Program-made: the position numbers and the translations under genes
Notes under the pieces: generated by a model
Seen by the model: the letters and a program-made list of their open reading frames with translations, nothing else
Database searches by the model: none
What the model was told of the DNA's origin: nothing
Shown here: positions 9,631 through 18,075 of the stretch, piece after piece
Layout: each line of letters begins with the position of its first letter
Numbering within the stretch: position 1 is the stretch's first letter
Source: Candidatus Chisholmbacteria bacterium
Lineage (GTDB): Bacteria > Patescibacteriota > Microgenomatia > UBA1400 > JACOWY01
Length of the DNA: 49,755 bases
Assembly (NCBI GenBank): GCA_016176555.1
Contig: JACOWY010000002.1
Location: 1 to 49,755, forward strand
Reading direction: 5' to 3'

Positions 9631-9689
9631 GTGGGTCGATTGTATCTATGGAGTCGTTTTATGTGCAAGAGACAGGATTTTTCTGTTAA

Positions 9690-9831
9690 CTCTACGCCTC
9701 TCCCGCCGATTCGGCGGGCTCGGCCGAGGTAGCGCTTTATTAGAATTTTTACGGATCTCTTGCTATCTCTACGTGTTGCTTCGCAACGCCGAGGTAGCGC
9801 TTTATTAGAATTTTTACGGATCTCTTGCTAT
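9690..9831 (+). repeat. Perfect 44-nt direct repeat (9723-9766 / 9788-9831), each copy preceded by a different CTAC hairpin
   Basis: GCCGAGGTAGCGCTTTATTAGAATTTTTACGGATCTCTTGCTAT occurs twice. Confidence 0.9.
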
Positions 9832-9840
9832 ATTGGCACT

Positions 9841-10080
9841 GTGACAAAGCGGCGGCGAACCAGAACGCAAAAACAGCAGGCTCGACACGAATTTATCTTT
9901 AAGGTGGGAGGAAAGAGTATTAGTGCACCGCTCGCCTCAACTAAAAAACCACCTTCCAGCCAGAGCAAGGATTTGTTTCACTACGACCCTAAACTCGTTA
10001 AAGCTGACTTGACAAAGACGCTGATTCTTTCCATACTGGCTATAGGAGCGATAGTTTCGCTTTTTTTAATGGGTAGATAA
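9841..10080 (+). CDS. Small basic protein with C-terminal TM helix (likely start GTG9841)
   Basis: The longer track ORF starts inside repeats; TGcTATATT lies 6 nt upstream of the GTG; C-terminal hydrophobic helix. Confidence 0.7.
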   Translation: MTKRRRTRTQKQQARHEFIFKVGGKSISAPLASTKKPPSSQSKDLFHYDPKLVKADLTKTLILSILAIGAIVSLFLMGR

Positions 10081-10104
10081 AGGAGGGTCCCGAAGAACGA
10101 GGTG

Positions 10105-10232
10105 ACAAATTAAATCATATATAGCTATGCTTCGCTGAGGCTCAGCCGCTCTTTTTCGCGAAGCTCAAAATAAGAAATCATAAATCATATATCTTATATA
10201 TATGATATATGATATTTGATATTTGATATTTA
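10105..10232. repeat. Heptamer-periodic tract with embedded CTAC-type element (10123-10171)
   Basis: ATCATAT/ATCATAA units, then ATATGAT/ATTTGAT units; GCCGCTCTTTTTCGCGAAGCTCAAAAT core. Confidence 0.8.
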
Positions 10233-10254
10233 TCTTGATTGGGGGTGAGAGCGA

Positions 10255-10398
10255 ATGGAATTCTATTGTGTAAAGTGTCGCACCAAGCGACAAACTGACG
10301 ATTTTCAAGAAGTGACGACGAGGAACAATCGCAAAGCAGCTAAGGCTAAGTGCCCCGTGTGTGGTACGGGCATGTATAGGATAATGGGGAAGGCCTAG
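10255..10398 (+). CDS. 47-aa zinc-ribbon protein (DUF5679-like), not in the ORF track
   Basis: MEFYCVKCRTKR...KAKCPVCGTGMYRIMGKA; SD GGGGGTGA at 10241-10248. Confidence 0.88.
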   Translation: MEFYCVKCRTKRQTDDFQEVTTRNNRKAAKAKCPVCGTGMYRIMGKA

Positions 10399-10488
10399 GC
10401 TAGACTAGCCACTAGCGACTAGTGGTTAGTTACTTTTAGAAATAAACTTCCGAGGGCTGACGCCCATGGTATTCTGCCAGGCTCGAAT

Positions 10489-10516
10489 AAAAACCCGATC
10501 GCGAGGTCGGGTTTTT
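10489..10516. terminator. Bidirectional intrinsic terminator
   Basis: AAAAACCCGATC-GCGA-GGTCGGGTTTTT between convergent genes. Confidence 0.8.
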
Positions 10517-10527
10517 GGTGTCATGTT

Positions 10528-10582
10528 ACATCACTGGCAGTAAAAGACCGGGTCTTTTGGCAAGACCCGGTCTTGAAGCCTA
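10528..10582. repeat. REP-like palindrome AAGACCGGGTCTT-N5-AAGACCCGGTCTT, copy 1
   Basis: 55-nt near-identical copy at 15105-15159. Confidence 0.85.
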
Positions 10583-10676
10583 ACGGAGATACTTTGTTTG
10601 CACACCTAAGCGCTTAAAAATCGAAGGCCTGTATTCCAGAAACAATCGCGACCCCAAACCCTGCTCGGATACTTAT

Positions 10677-11360
10677 TCACTCGTTTGGCGATGGAACGTC
10701 TATCATCCTAAATGTTTGAAGAATTGAATAGATTGTTGGTAAATCTAGCGAATACAGATAGTAGTCAGGATCATCGACTCCGTTTGAATCCACCGGATAA
10801 TCATTGCCGTACATTATCATTAAGGGAAGATCTTCGTCTAACTTAGGGCTGTACCAAGTTTTATCCACTAACTCAAGTGTAACTACCCTTGTCTCTGGCT
10901 GAATATCTATGCTTGTTTCAGACCCATTATATTGCTTGCCACCAACAGTGACAGTTACTTTTTTCTCAGGAGTAGGTTTGTATGTCTCACCGTATCCATG
11001 GGGATTATCCCATTTTGCTCCTATAAACAGAGAGGCCGATTTCTTGGGAGAATACAATCTTATTACCTGGGGAAATCCTGTTTGACTAGAGACCCGTTGG
11101 GGTAAACTTACTGTCCAATCTGATGGAGCAGAAATTGAATAAACCTCCCCTACATAAGTTTTCCACCCTTTCCTGTCACTTTCTAACACCTGTATATCGG
11201 GGTTTACTTCAGCAACTGGAATTGTGGGTGAATTTGAAGTTGCTTTTTTATCTCTTACCCACATCCCCAATCGTGGGTAAATCAAGATTGCAAATCCGAC
11301 CAATAACAGCAGTACAATAATTTTATTGTTATTGTTTGAATTCTTAGATTTTCTGGTCAT
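10677..11360 (-). CDS. Membrane-anchored hypothetical protein, possibly PsbP-like fold
   Basis: N-terminal TM helix; WKTY....YSI..P.DW motif; AT-rich. Confidence 0.7.
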   Translation of the reverse strand: MTRKSKNSNNNNKIIVLLLLVGFAILIYPRLGMWVRDKKATSNSPTIPVAEVNPDIQVLESDRKGWKTYVGEVYSISAPSDWTVSLPQRVSSQTGFPQVIRLYSPKKSASLFIGAKWDNPHGYGETYKPTPEKKVTVTVGGKQYNGSETSIDIQPETRVVTLELVDKTWYSPKLDEDLPLMIMYGNDYPVDSNGVDDPDYYLYSLDLPTIYSILQTFRMIDVPSPNE

Positions 11361-11490
11361 TATCTTTGCAAAATTGGCTTATGGTTAAACAATATAAATT
11401 ATACTCCGTATTCTCAAAGATCCTGCGACATAAGGGGTGAAACTAGTGTTATACTACCTCATGTTTGAGGAATAATAGCGGAGCTTTTTG

Positions 11491-12690
11491 ATGTATCAGC
11501 CCAGTAAAATCATCCTGACCCGGTACGCCGATGTTTTAGTTAACTTTGCGCTTAATTCAGGTAAAGGGGTAAAAAGGGGTGAAGTGGTACAGTGCATTGT
11601 GCCAGATGTGGCTAAACCGCTACTCGCTTCGTTGCACGAAGCGATTTTGCGAGCAGGAGCCCATCCGCTGGTACGGCTAATGCCGACGGGGCTGGATAAG
11701 ACTTTCTATAGCTTGGCTTCTGATAACCAACTAACTTTTTTCCCGAAATCATACCACCGGGCACGAGTGGATCTCATAGACCACTCGATAGGGATTATTG
11801 CTGAGCATGATTTACACGAATTGGAAAAAATAAACCCAGCGAAAATAATTAAGTCTCAAGAAGCGAGAAAGCCATTGCGGGAATGGCTTAACCAGAAAGA
11901 GTACAAGGGTAAATTTACGTGGACTTTGGCTTTATACGGGACACCGGCAATGGCTAAAGAAGCAAATTTAACCGTTGAGGAATATTGGCAGCAAATCATC
12001 AGTGGTTGTTTTTTGGACGAGAAGGAGCCGATTAGGGAATGGAAAAAGGTGTTTGCGGAACAGGAGCGAGTCAAAAAACGTTTGAACACTTTACCAATTG
12101 AGCGACTGCATATTAAGGGTAAAAAGACTGATCTCTCAATACTTTTAGGCAAAAAGCGGCAGTGGGCTGGGGGGAGTGGCAGAAATATTCCGAGTTTTGA
12201 GCTTTTCGTGTCGCCCGACTGGAGAGGGACGGAAGGGTTTATCGAATTTAATCAACCCCTGTATCGCTATGGTAATTTGCTGCAGAACGTGCGCCTGGAG
12301 TTTAGAGGCGGGGTAGTGGTACGAGCGACGGCCGCAAAGGGCGAGAAACTGCTGCGAGAAATGATTAAGCGACCAAATGCCGATAAAGTGGGTGAATATA
12401 GCTTGACTGATGCACGGCTGTCGCGGATTAGCAAATTCATGGCCAATACTTTGTTTGACGAAAATATTGGGGGGAGATTTGGCAATACCCATTTGGCTTT
12501 GGGAATGTCGTATAAAGATACCTATGATGGGGATCCCAGTCAAGTGACGAAAAAACAATGGGCGAGACTTGGTTTCAATGATTCGGGTGAGCACTGCGAT
12601 ATTATTTCGACTGAAGATCGGACGGTGACAGCCGTCCTTCAAGGTGGTCAAAAGAAAGTCATTTACGCCAACGGGAAGTTTACCATTTGA
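11491..12690 (+). CDS. Aminopeptidase, M29 family (AmpS/AmpT)
   Basis: YADVLVN.AL, NIPSFELF..P, GEYSL, TLFDEN, HLALG.SY and GFNDS.EH.D motifs. Confidence 0.93.
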   Translation: MYQPSKIILTRYADVLVNFALNSGKGVKRGEVVQCIVPDVAKPLLASLHEAILRAGAHPLVRLMPTGLDKTFYSLASDNQLTFFPKSYHRARVDLIDHSIGIIAEHDLHELEKINPAKIIKSQEARKPLREWLNQKEYKGKFTWTLALYGTPAMAKEANLTVEEYWQQIISGCFLDEKEPIREWKKVFAEQERVKKRLNTLPIERLHIKGKKTDLSILLGKKRQWAGGSGRNIPSFELFVSPDWRGTEGFIEFNQPLYRYGNLLQNVRLEFRGGVVVRATAAKGEKLLREMIKRPNADKVGEYSLTDARLSRISKFMANTLFDENIGGRFGNTHLALGMSYKDTYDGDPSQVTKKQWARLGFNDSGEHCDIISTEDRTVTAVLQGGQKKVIYANGKFTI

Positions 12691-12738
12691 ATTGTCTCAT
12701 TCATCCGATGCTCTAATTCCCAGTCCCGGGCAATCTGA

Positions 12739-13164
12739 TCAAATCCCTAGGCTACGAAGATATTGGAGAAATAATCCGGGCTTCATGACGCTGACTCCAA
12801 AGTCATTTCTAATTTTGGCCACCTGATAATGCTTCAAATTGTGTGTCAATAAGAATTTAACTTTCGTTTTGTGGGCGCCGGCTAGCACATGTGAATCTTC
12901 CTGGTCTAAAACATAGGGGAAATACCTTTGGGAAAGTCTTGGTTTCTCCAGTTTGAGAGTAATAATTTTTAGGCTTTGGAATATGTCTTTAGAAGGGAGA
13001 TTGATGTTTGAGCGCGTGGCTACATCAATAATTTCTTTTTTAATTGTCTTGGAGATGATTTTAGTAATTTTGGAGTTTTGAAGTATTTTAAACGAGGCGC
13101 CTGTTTTTGAAAGTAAGGCCGAGACTAAAACGTCGCTATCTAGAAAGACTTTGACTTGGCCCAT
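12739..13164 (-). CDS. PIN-domain protein, putative TA toxin
   Basis: VFLDSDVLVSAL, D.ED.HVL..A and LLTHN..HY motifs. Confidence 0.9.
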   Translation of the reverse strand: MGQVKVFLDSDVLVSALLSKTGASFKILQNSKITKIISKTIKKEIIDVATRSNINLPSKDIFQSLKIITLKLEKPRLSQRYFPYVLDQEDSHVLAGAHKTKVKFLLTHNLKHYQVAKIRNDFGVSVMKPGLFLQYLRSLGI

Positions 13165-13430
13165 AGCTCTTTGCGGACGTCTCTGATAACTTTTGCCACT
13201 TTTTTAATATTTTTTTCATCTTCCATTTGAGCTCTATAGATATCCTCATCCATGCCGGTAAACAAAAAAGAGAGAGAGACTGCAGGAATTCGGTAGACTC
13301 TACCGATTTTTTTAGCCACGATTTCTCCACGATTGATGAGTTCATAGACCGTGTTTTTGGAAAGTTGCAGCATTTGAGCTACTTGACTGGGAGTGTAGGC
13401 TTTTATAGGCTCCATATTTGTGTTTAACAT
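13140..13430 (-). CDS. Excisionase-like HTH (HTH_17) protein, putative antitoxin
   Basis: YTP.QVA.ML.LS.NTVY.LI.RG.I.A.KIG..YRIP; overlaps the PIN gene. Confidence 0.88.
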   Translation of the reverse strand: MLNTNMEPIKAYTPSQVAQMLQLSKNTVYELINRGEIVAKKIGRVYRIPAVSLSFLFTGMDEDIYRAQMEDEKNIKKVAKVIRDVRKELWAKSKSF

Positions 13431-13436
13431 AACTAA

Positions 13437-13478
13437 ATGTTAACAAACATGACTATATTTGTCAATATTGTGACAAAC
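13437..13478 (-). promoter_or_regulatory. Sigma70 promoter TTGACA-17-TAACAT with overlapping palindrome TTTGTCA-N6-TGACAAA
   Basis: The -10 lies 6 nt before ATG13430; the inverted repeat overlaps the -35, as expected for TA autorepression. Confidence 0.6.
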
Positions 13479-13496
13479 GAGATAGTTGAATAAATC

Positions 13497-13560
13497 GTCA
13501 TTCTGGCTTGACCAGAATCAGATCCTGGATGCGCTCGTCTGACTCGCTTACCAGGATGAC
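13497..13560. repeat. GTCAT...ATGAC palindromic repeat, copy 2
   Basis: GTCATTCTGG/CCAGGATGAC termini. Confidence 0.65.
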
Positions 13561-13590
13561 TTAGGAGAACGTATGGTTCAACGCTCTCTT

Positions 13591-14492
13591 CTATTCTAAG
13601 AGCTTGAGGGAAACGAGAGTTTGGGCGATTGTTTGGGCGATAAAATTTTGACCGGCTGCGGAGGGGTGGATGTGATCATGGGGGCTAATGAGGCGCAATT
13701 GGCCGTTGCCTTCACTATCTTGACTGGGGTGGAAGACGTCGATGACCGGAATGCCCAAAGCGTTCCCAGTATTAATAGTATTTTCTAAATAAGCGTGGAT
13801 GGCTTGGGTGTGCTCGGCCACGGCTCCCCCTTCCCAATTGACGCCACCGGGGCCGGTGCCAAAGAGTTCGTGATGAGGAGCGATGGTAGCCATGAGGAGC
13901 ACGGGAGCGGAGGTTTGGGATTGGACTTGGCGCACCATTTTTTCAAGTTGGAAGCGATGATGAGCTAGATTAGCCTCAGAGAGCGGTAAGGGGTTATAGG
14001 CAAATGACTCGATGATGACCGCGTCGACTTCAGCTTGGAGAAGTGGCGGATAAGAGCGATTTTGGTAGTTAAAAGGCTGACTTAAACGAGCCAGCCCATC
14101 ATCTATATTGGTACTGCCGACGCCGAAATTCAGCAAGAAGAAATTAGTGGCAGGGTAGTTATTTTTTAGAGCTTTTTCAAGATAGGGCAGGCCGGTGCCC
14201 ATAGTGTCGACCATGGAATCGCCAATGGAGGCGTGGGGGTCCCGCCTCTTTCGGCGGGCAAGGGGGTGGCGACAGCTTTTTTGAGTAGCTCGGCAAATAG
14301 ATTTTGGGGTTGAGGAGTGGTGGAGACAACCGGGGTTGGTGGCGGCTGCATATTGGCGATGATGACGGCTTCCGGTTGAGGAATGACTAGATCCTGTAAG
14401 TCATTCTCGGAGAAACTTTGGGCTTCAAGCGGGAGAGATAAGCCGATGATGAGGCTCAAAAAAAGAACAATCCGTTTCTGTCTGTTAGTCAT
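13591..14492 (-). pseudogene. Frameshifted exported SGNH/GDSL hydrolase
   Basis: Signal peptide and Pro linker in ORF 14166-14492; GDSM (14212-14223), G and D.IHP motifs in the other frame, with the catalytic Ser upstream of ATG14214. Confidence 0.75.
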
Positions 14493-15084
14493 CTTCGGCT
14501 ACCAATTGTCTCAGGAAGATGCGGACTTTGGCAAGGGCCAGACCTCTGGCGCTGGAGGTGAGTTTTTCTGCCAACGTAGCTTGGGCAAAGGTTTTTTGAA
14601 GATCAGTGGAGAAAAAAATGGGATCGTAGCCAAAACCATGTGTGCCTTGGGGTTGGTCGATGATGAGACCGCGAGAGATACCAGTGAATGTTTTTAAGAG
14701 TTTGGTGTGGGGATGGTAAAGAGCGATGATGGCCTTAAAGTAGGCGGATTTATCTGTGTGTTTTTTCAGTTCTCCAATTAATTTTTTATTTCTATCTTCT
14801 GGTGTGGGGGCGTAACGGCGGGAGAGAACTCCCGGTCGGCCGTGAAGAGCTTTGACGAATAAACCGGTGTCGTCGGCGAGGGTCAACAGCCCGGTTTTTT
14901 GACTGAACCCTTTAGCTTTAAGTGTGACGTTTTCTCTCAACGTCTTACCTGTTTCGGCGATGTCAAAACCGGGAGGGACGCGGGCATCTTGAAGAGAAAG
15001 CAGATTAAAATCGATTTTACCCAAGGCGGCAAAAATTTCTTGGAGTTTGCCACTGTTTCTGGTGGCGACGAGAAGTTTTTGCAT
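14485..15084 (-). CDS. rdgB: Non-canonical purine NTP pyrophosphatase (RdgB/HAM1)
   Basis: ATRN.GK..E, ADDTGL.V.AL.G.PGV.S.R and GFGYDPIF motifs. Confidence 0.93.
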   Translation of the reverse strand: MQKLLVATRNSGKLQEIFAALGKIDFNLLSLQDARVPPGFDIAETGKTLRENVTLKAKGFSQKTGLLTLADDTGLFVKALHGRPGVLSRRYAPTPEDRNKKLIGELKKHTDKSAYFKAIIALYHPHTKLLKTFTGISRGLIIDQPQGTHGFGYDPIFFSTDLQKTFAQATLAEKLTSSARGLALAKVRIFLRQLVAEDD

Positions 15085-15104
15085 GATTTACGAATTTCAC
15101 TTTA

Positions 15105-15159
15105 ACATCATTGGCTGTAAAAGACCGGGTCTTCTGGCAAGACCCGGTCTTGAAGCCTA
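15105..15159. repeat. REP-like palindrome, copy 2
   Basis: Matches 10528-10582 with about 3 mismatches. Confidence 0.85.
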
Positions 15160-15282
15160 TCATAGTCATCTTGCCTTCACATAGTGACTTCAAAACGAAA
15201 GTGAATTGCGAAATTCGGGTGATTTTCCGGCAAAGAGAAGGACATGAAGTTCATGTCTTTCTCTCTACTTTCTTTGATTGGG

Positions 15283-15528
15283 CTACATACCTGGAGTGGC
15301 GGGTGCAGGTGGTGCCCCTCCTGGTTCACCGCTTGGAACCGGTTCGTCACCAGCCGGTGCTTCTGGAGCGGGGTCTGGGGCTGGTGGTGGACTACTTGGC
15401 TCAGGAGTAGGACTCGGCATAGGGGGGGTTGGCGCTGCGGGGTCGGGCGAGGGAACTACCGGAGGAGTAGGTGTTGTTGGGTCGGGAACAGATCCACCAC
15501 TTGTTGGATTCATTGGTTGATCGGTCAT
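15283..15528 (-). CDS. 81-aa proline-rich, disordered acidic protein
   Basis: Strong SD AAAGGGGGTGA about 6 nt upstream of the ATG; TGaTAAGGT -10-like box further upstream. Confidence 0.7.
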   Translation of the reverse strand: MTDQPMNPTSGGSVPDPTTPTPPVVPSPDPAAPTPPMPSPTPEPSSPPPAPDPAPEAPAGDEPVPSGEPGGAPPAPATPGM

Positions 15529-15619
15529 TATCGCTCACCCCCTTTCGAAAGATTACTTGCTTAAATTGACGTACTTCCCACCTTATCATGAAAAATCGTT
15601 GGGGGGCAAGAGGGAGTTA

Positions 15620-15737
15620 GAGAAGTATGGAAAGTATGGAAAGTACTGAGTGTATGGAGGGTATCAAAGGTACAAGAAGTACCCCGAAAAGCGCAAGCGC
15701 CACGGGGCAGGCAAAAAGTACAATAGGTACAAAAGGA
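15620..15737. repeat. Degenerate 9-mer tandem tract (AAGTATGGA/AGGTACAAA) interrupted by a CCCCG...CGGGG palindrome
   Basis: Visible 9-nt periodicity, interrupted at about 15682-15712. Confidence 0.7.
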
Positions 15738-15739
15738 AA

Positions 15740-16318
15740 TTACTGATGTTTATTTTCGATTTGGGCGAAGAGCTTGAGGAGGAAGGGGAATCTTTTATAT
15801 TTCGGGTTGTACTTGACATTGAAGTGGCCCTGGTTTTTTTGGAGGATCAATTTTTGGTGGAGGTTTTGGGCGAGTAATCTGGCCTCTGAAACGGGGATGT
15901 AGGGGTCATTATCGGAATTGATGACAAAGAATTGATTGGAGCTACGGCGAATCTTGGGCCAACTCCATGGTGGGGTGAGAAAGGCGACGAGTTCTTTGGA
16001 GTCGATTTTAACGTCGGAGCTTAGAAAACCGGCGACTAAGATGGCGGCCTTAATTTTTTTATCCTGGGGTAACGTTTCTAGATAGCGTAAAACGGTGACT
16101 GCTCCCAGGCTATGGCCAATGAGAATGAGATTTTTGTCTGGAATGCCGATTGTTTCTCTCAGGGTTCTTAACCATGGTTTGAGTTTGGGGAAATAGCTAT
16201 TAGGCAGGTCAGGGACGTAAGCGACATAGCCATTTTTTTCTAGTTTTGCCTTGAGCCAAGGGAACCAGTTTTTCTGGGAGTGGCCGGTCCAGCCGTGGAG
16301 GATGACAACGCGTTTCAT
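15740..16318 (-). CDS. RBBP9/YdeN-family alpha/beta hydrolase
   Basis: ILHGW, WFPWL, GHSLG, SDNDPY and GHFN motifs. Confidence 0.92.
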   Translation of the reverse strand: MKRVVILHGWTGHSQKNWFPWLKAKLEKNGYVAYVPDLPNSYFPKLKPWLRTLRETIGIPDKNLILIGHSLGAVTVLRYLETLPQDKKIKAAILVAGFLSSDVKIDSKELVAFLTPPWSWPKIRRSSNQFFVINSDNDPYIPVSEARLLAQNLHQKLILQKNQGHFNVKYNPKYKRFPFLLKLFAQIENKHQ

Positions 16319-16325
16319 GGTTTAC

Positions 16326-17861
16326 CTAAGCTTGACTATCTTGAGGGCGGTATTGGATGGCTTCGGCCAGATGAGTGCGGGTGATACTTTGACTGCCAGC
16401 CAGATCAGCAATGGTGCGGGCGACTTTGAGCATTTTGTAGTAACTTCGGGCGGTGAGGCCTAAGGCGGCGGTAGCTTGAGTGAGAAAGGCGCGATCTGCG
16501 GGCTCTAGAGGGCAAAAGTCGCGCACGTCTTTGGGGGACATTTCGCTGTTGTTGACAATATTGGTTTTTTTGAATCGTTGGCGTTGGAGATCGCGAGCTG
16601 ACTGGACTCTTTTTTGAATTTTGACGGAAGGTTCGCCGGAAAGTTTGGGGTTGGTGAGTTTAGCTAGTTCCACTTCGGGAACGGTGACGTGAATGTCAAT
16701 GCGGTCAATGATGGGGCCGGAAATTTTTTTCTGATAGCGATCAATGGCCGAGGGCAGGCAGGTGCAGGGTTTTTTCTTAGAGCCATAGTAACCGCAGGGG
16801 CAGGGATTGGCAGCGGCGACGAGCATAAAATGAGCGGGGAAGAGCATGGTGCCAGAAGCGCGGGAAATTTGGACGATGCCATCTTCTATGGGTTGCCTTA
16901 AAGATTCGAGGACGTGGCGAGGAAATTCGGGAAATTCGTCGAGAAAGAGGACGCCACGGTGAGCAAGCGATATCTCGCCGGGCTTGGGTTTGGTGCCGCC
17001 GCCAATCAGGCCGATTCTGGAAGTGGTGTGATGGGGGCTGCGGAAGGGGCGCTCGGTAACGATTGATACACCCAGGGGCAAATTACCGCTGACGGAGTAG
17101 ACTTTGGTGACTTCAAGGGCCTCACTTTCTGAAAGCATGGGCAAAATGCCGGGGAGGGCGCGGGCGAGCATGGTTTTGCCGGCGCCGGGGATGCCTTTGA
17201 GAAAAATGTTGTGGGAGCCTGAGGCGGCGATTTCTAAAGCGCGTTTGGCGTGTTCTTGGCCTTTGATTTCGGCCAGGTCAAAACTCACCAGGCTACCCTG
17301 TTTTAAGCTTGAGAAAGCTACGTGTTTTTGGGGAATGATTTTTTTGAGGCCGGTGAGGTGACTGTGGAGATCTTTAATGGTAGAGAGCGGAAATATTTTT
17401 AGGCCACCGACAATGGCGGCTTCTTTTCTGTCAATTTCCGGGATAAAAAGCTGACGGAATTTCCTTTCTTTGGCCATCAGGGCAATGGGCAGAATGCCGT
17501 TGGTATGGCGGAGACTGCCATCGAGCGAAAGTTCGCCCATAACTAGGGTGTGGTTGAGCTTAAGATTTTGGGGCAGTTGGCCAGAGGCAATGAGCAAACC
17601 TAAAGCGATCGGCAGATCGTAGGCCGGGCCTTCTTTGGGTAAATCAGCGGGAGCCAGATTAATAGTGACCCGGCGGGCGGGGAATTCTGCGCCAGAGTTT
17701 TTCAGTGCCGCTCGAACTCGTTCTTTAGCTTCTTCAACGGCTTTATCGGGGAGGCCAACAATAGTGATAGAGGGCAGACCGGTGGGGGCGACGTCGACTT
17801 CAACTTCGATGGGGAGAGATTCTAAACCGAAGGTGCTGCCGGAAAAGATTTTGGCGAGCAT
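16326..17861 (-). CDS. comM: YifB/ComM Mg-chelatase-like AAA+ ATPase
   Basis: VGLPD.AV.EA.ERV, NLAPADL.KEG, PGAGKTMLA, PFRSPHH and NPCPCG motifs. Confidence 0.95.
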   Translation of the reverse strand: MLAKIFSGSTFGLESLPIEVEVDVAPTGLPSITIVGLPDKAVEEAKERVRAALKNSGAEFPARRVTINLAPADLPKEGPAYDLPIALGLLIASGQLPQNLKLNHTLVMGELSLDGSLRHTNGILPIALMAKERKFRQLFIPEIDRKEAAIVGGLKIFPLSTIKDLHSHLTGLKKIIPQKHVAFSSLKQGSLVSFDLAEIKGQEHAKRALEIAASGSHNIFLKGIPGAGKTMLARALPGILPMLSESEALEVTKVYSVSGNLPLGVSIVTERPFRSPHHTTSRIGLIGGGTKPKPGEISLAHRGVLFLDEFPEFPRHVLESLRQPIEDGIVQISRASGTMLFPAHFMLVAAANPCPCGYYGSKKKPCTCLPSAIDRYQKKISGPIIDRIDIHVTVPEVELAKLTNPKLSGEPSVKIQKRVQSARDLQRQRFKKTNIVNNSEMSPKDVRDFCPLEPADRAFLTQATAALGLTARSYYKMLKVARTIADLAGSQSITRTHLAEAIQYRPQDSQA

Positions 17862-17907
17862 GGGATCTTAAGTATAACAAAACCCGCTTAAAGCGGGGGA
17901 ATTTCGA

Positions 17908-18040
17908 AGCACCAAGCACCAAAAACTAAATAAGCACTAAATAACAAGCACTAAATCACAAACATATAAACCGTTTTGAGTTTGGAATTTTGATATTTGA
18001 ATTTGTTTGGAGTTTGAGATTTGGGATTTGGGATTTGGGG
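17908..18040. repeat. Paired heptamer arrays: A-rich GCACTAA-type then T-rich TTGGGAT-type
   Basis: 7-nt periodicity on both sides of a short spacer. Confidence 0.8.
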
Positions 18041-18075
18041 TTTTGCGGGGTGAGGGGCTGAACTTTCGCCGGGGG

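Noticed and set aside
9690..9831. CRISPR array
   Set aside because: Only two repeats, the intervening sequences are themselves repeat-family hairpins, and there are no cas genes in the window
11461..11475. Mini-ORF MFEE* right after TGtTATACT upstream of the aminopeptidase
   Set aside because: Too short to support; could be chance
13140..13430. Prophage excisionase or prophage
   Set aside because: No integrase or phage genes nearby; the pairing with PIN indicates a TA module
14270..14290. Programmed -1 frameshift at CTC AAA AAA GCT in the SGNH gene
   Set aside because: Not a canonical X XXY YYZ slippery site in frame, and the hairpin is too far downstream
15244..15564. Plus-strand Gly/Trp-rich ORFs
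   Set aside because: Antisense shadows of the SD-supported Pro-rich gene
15650..15877. ORF MYGGYQRYKKY..., and similarly 17937-18137, 31907-32137 and 32915-33178
   Set aside because: Translations of repeat tracts, or antisense overlaps of real genes or rnpB
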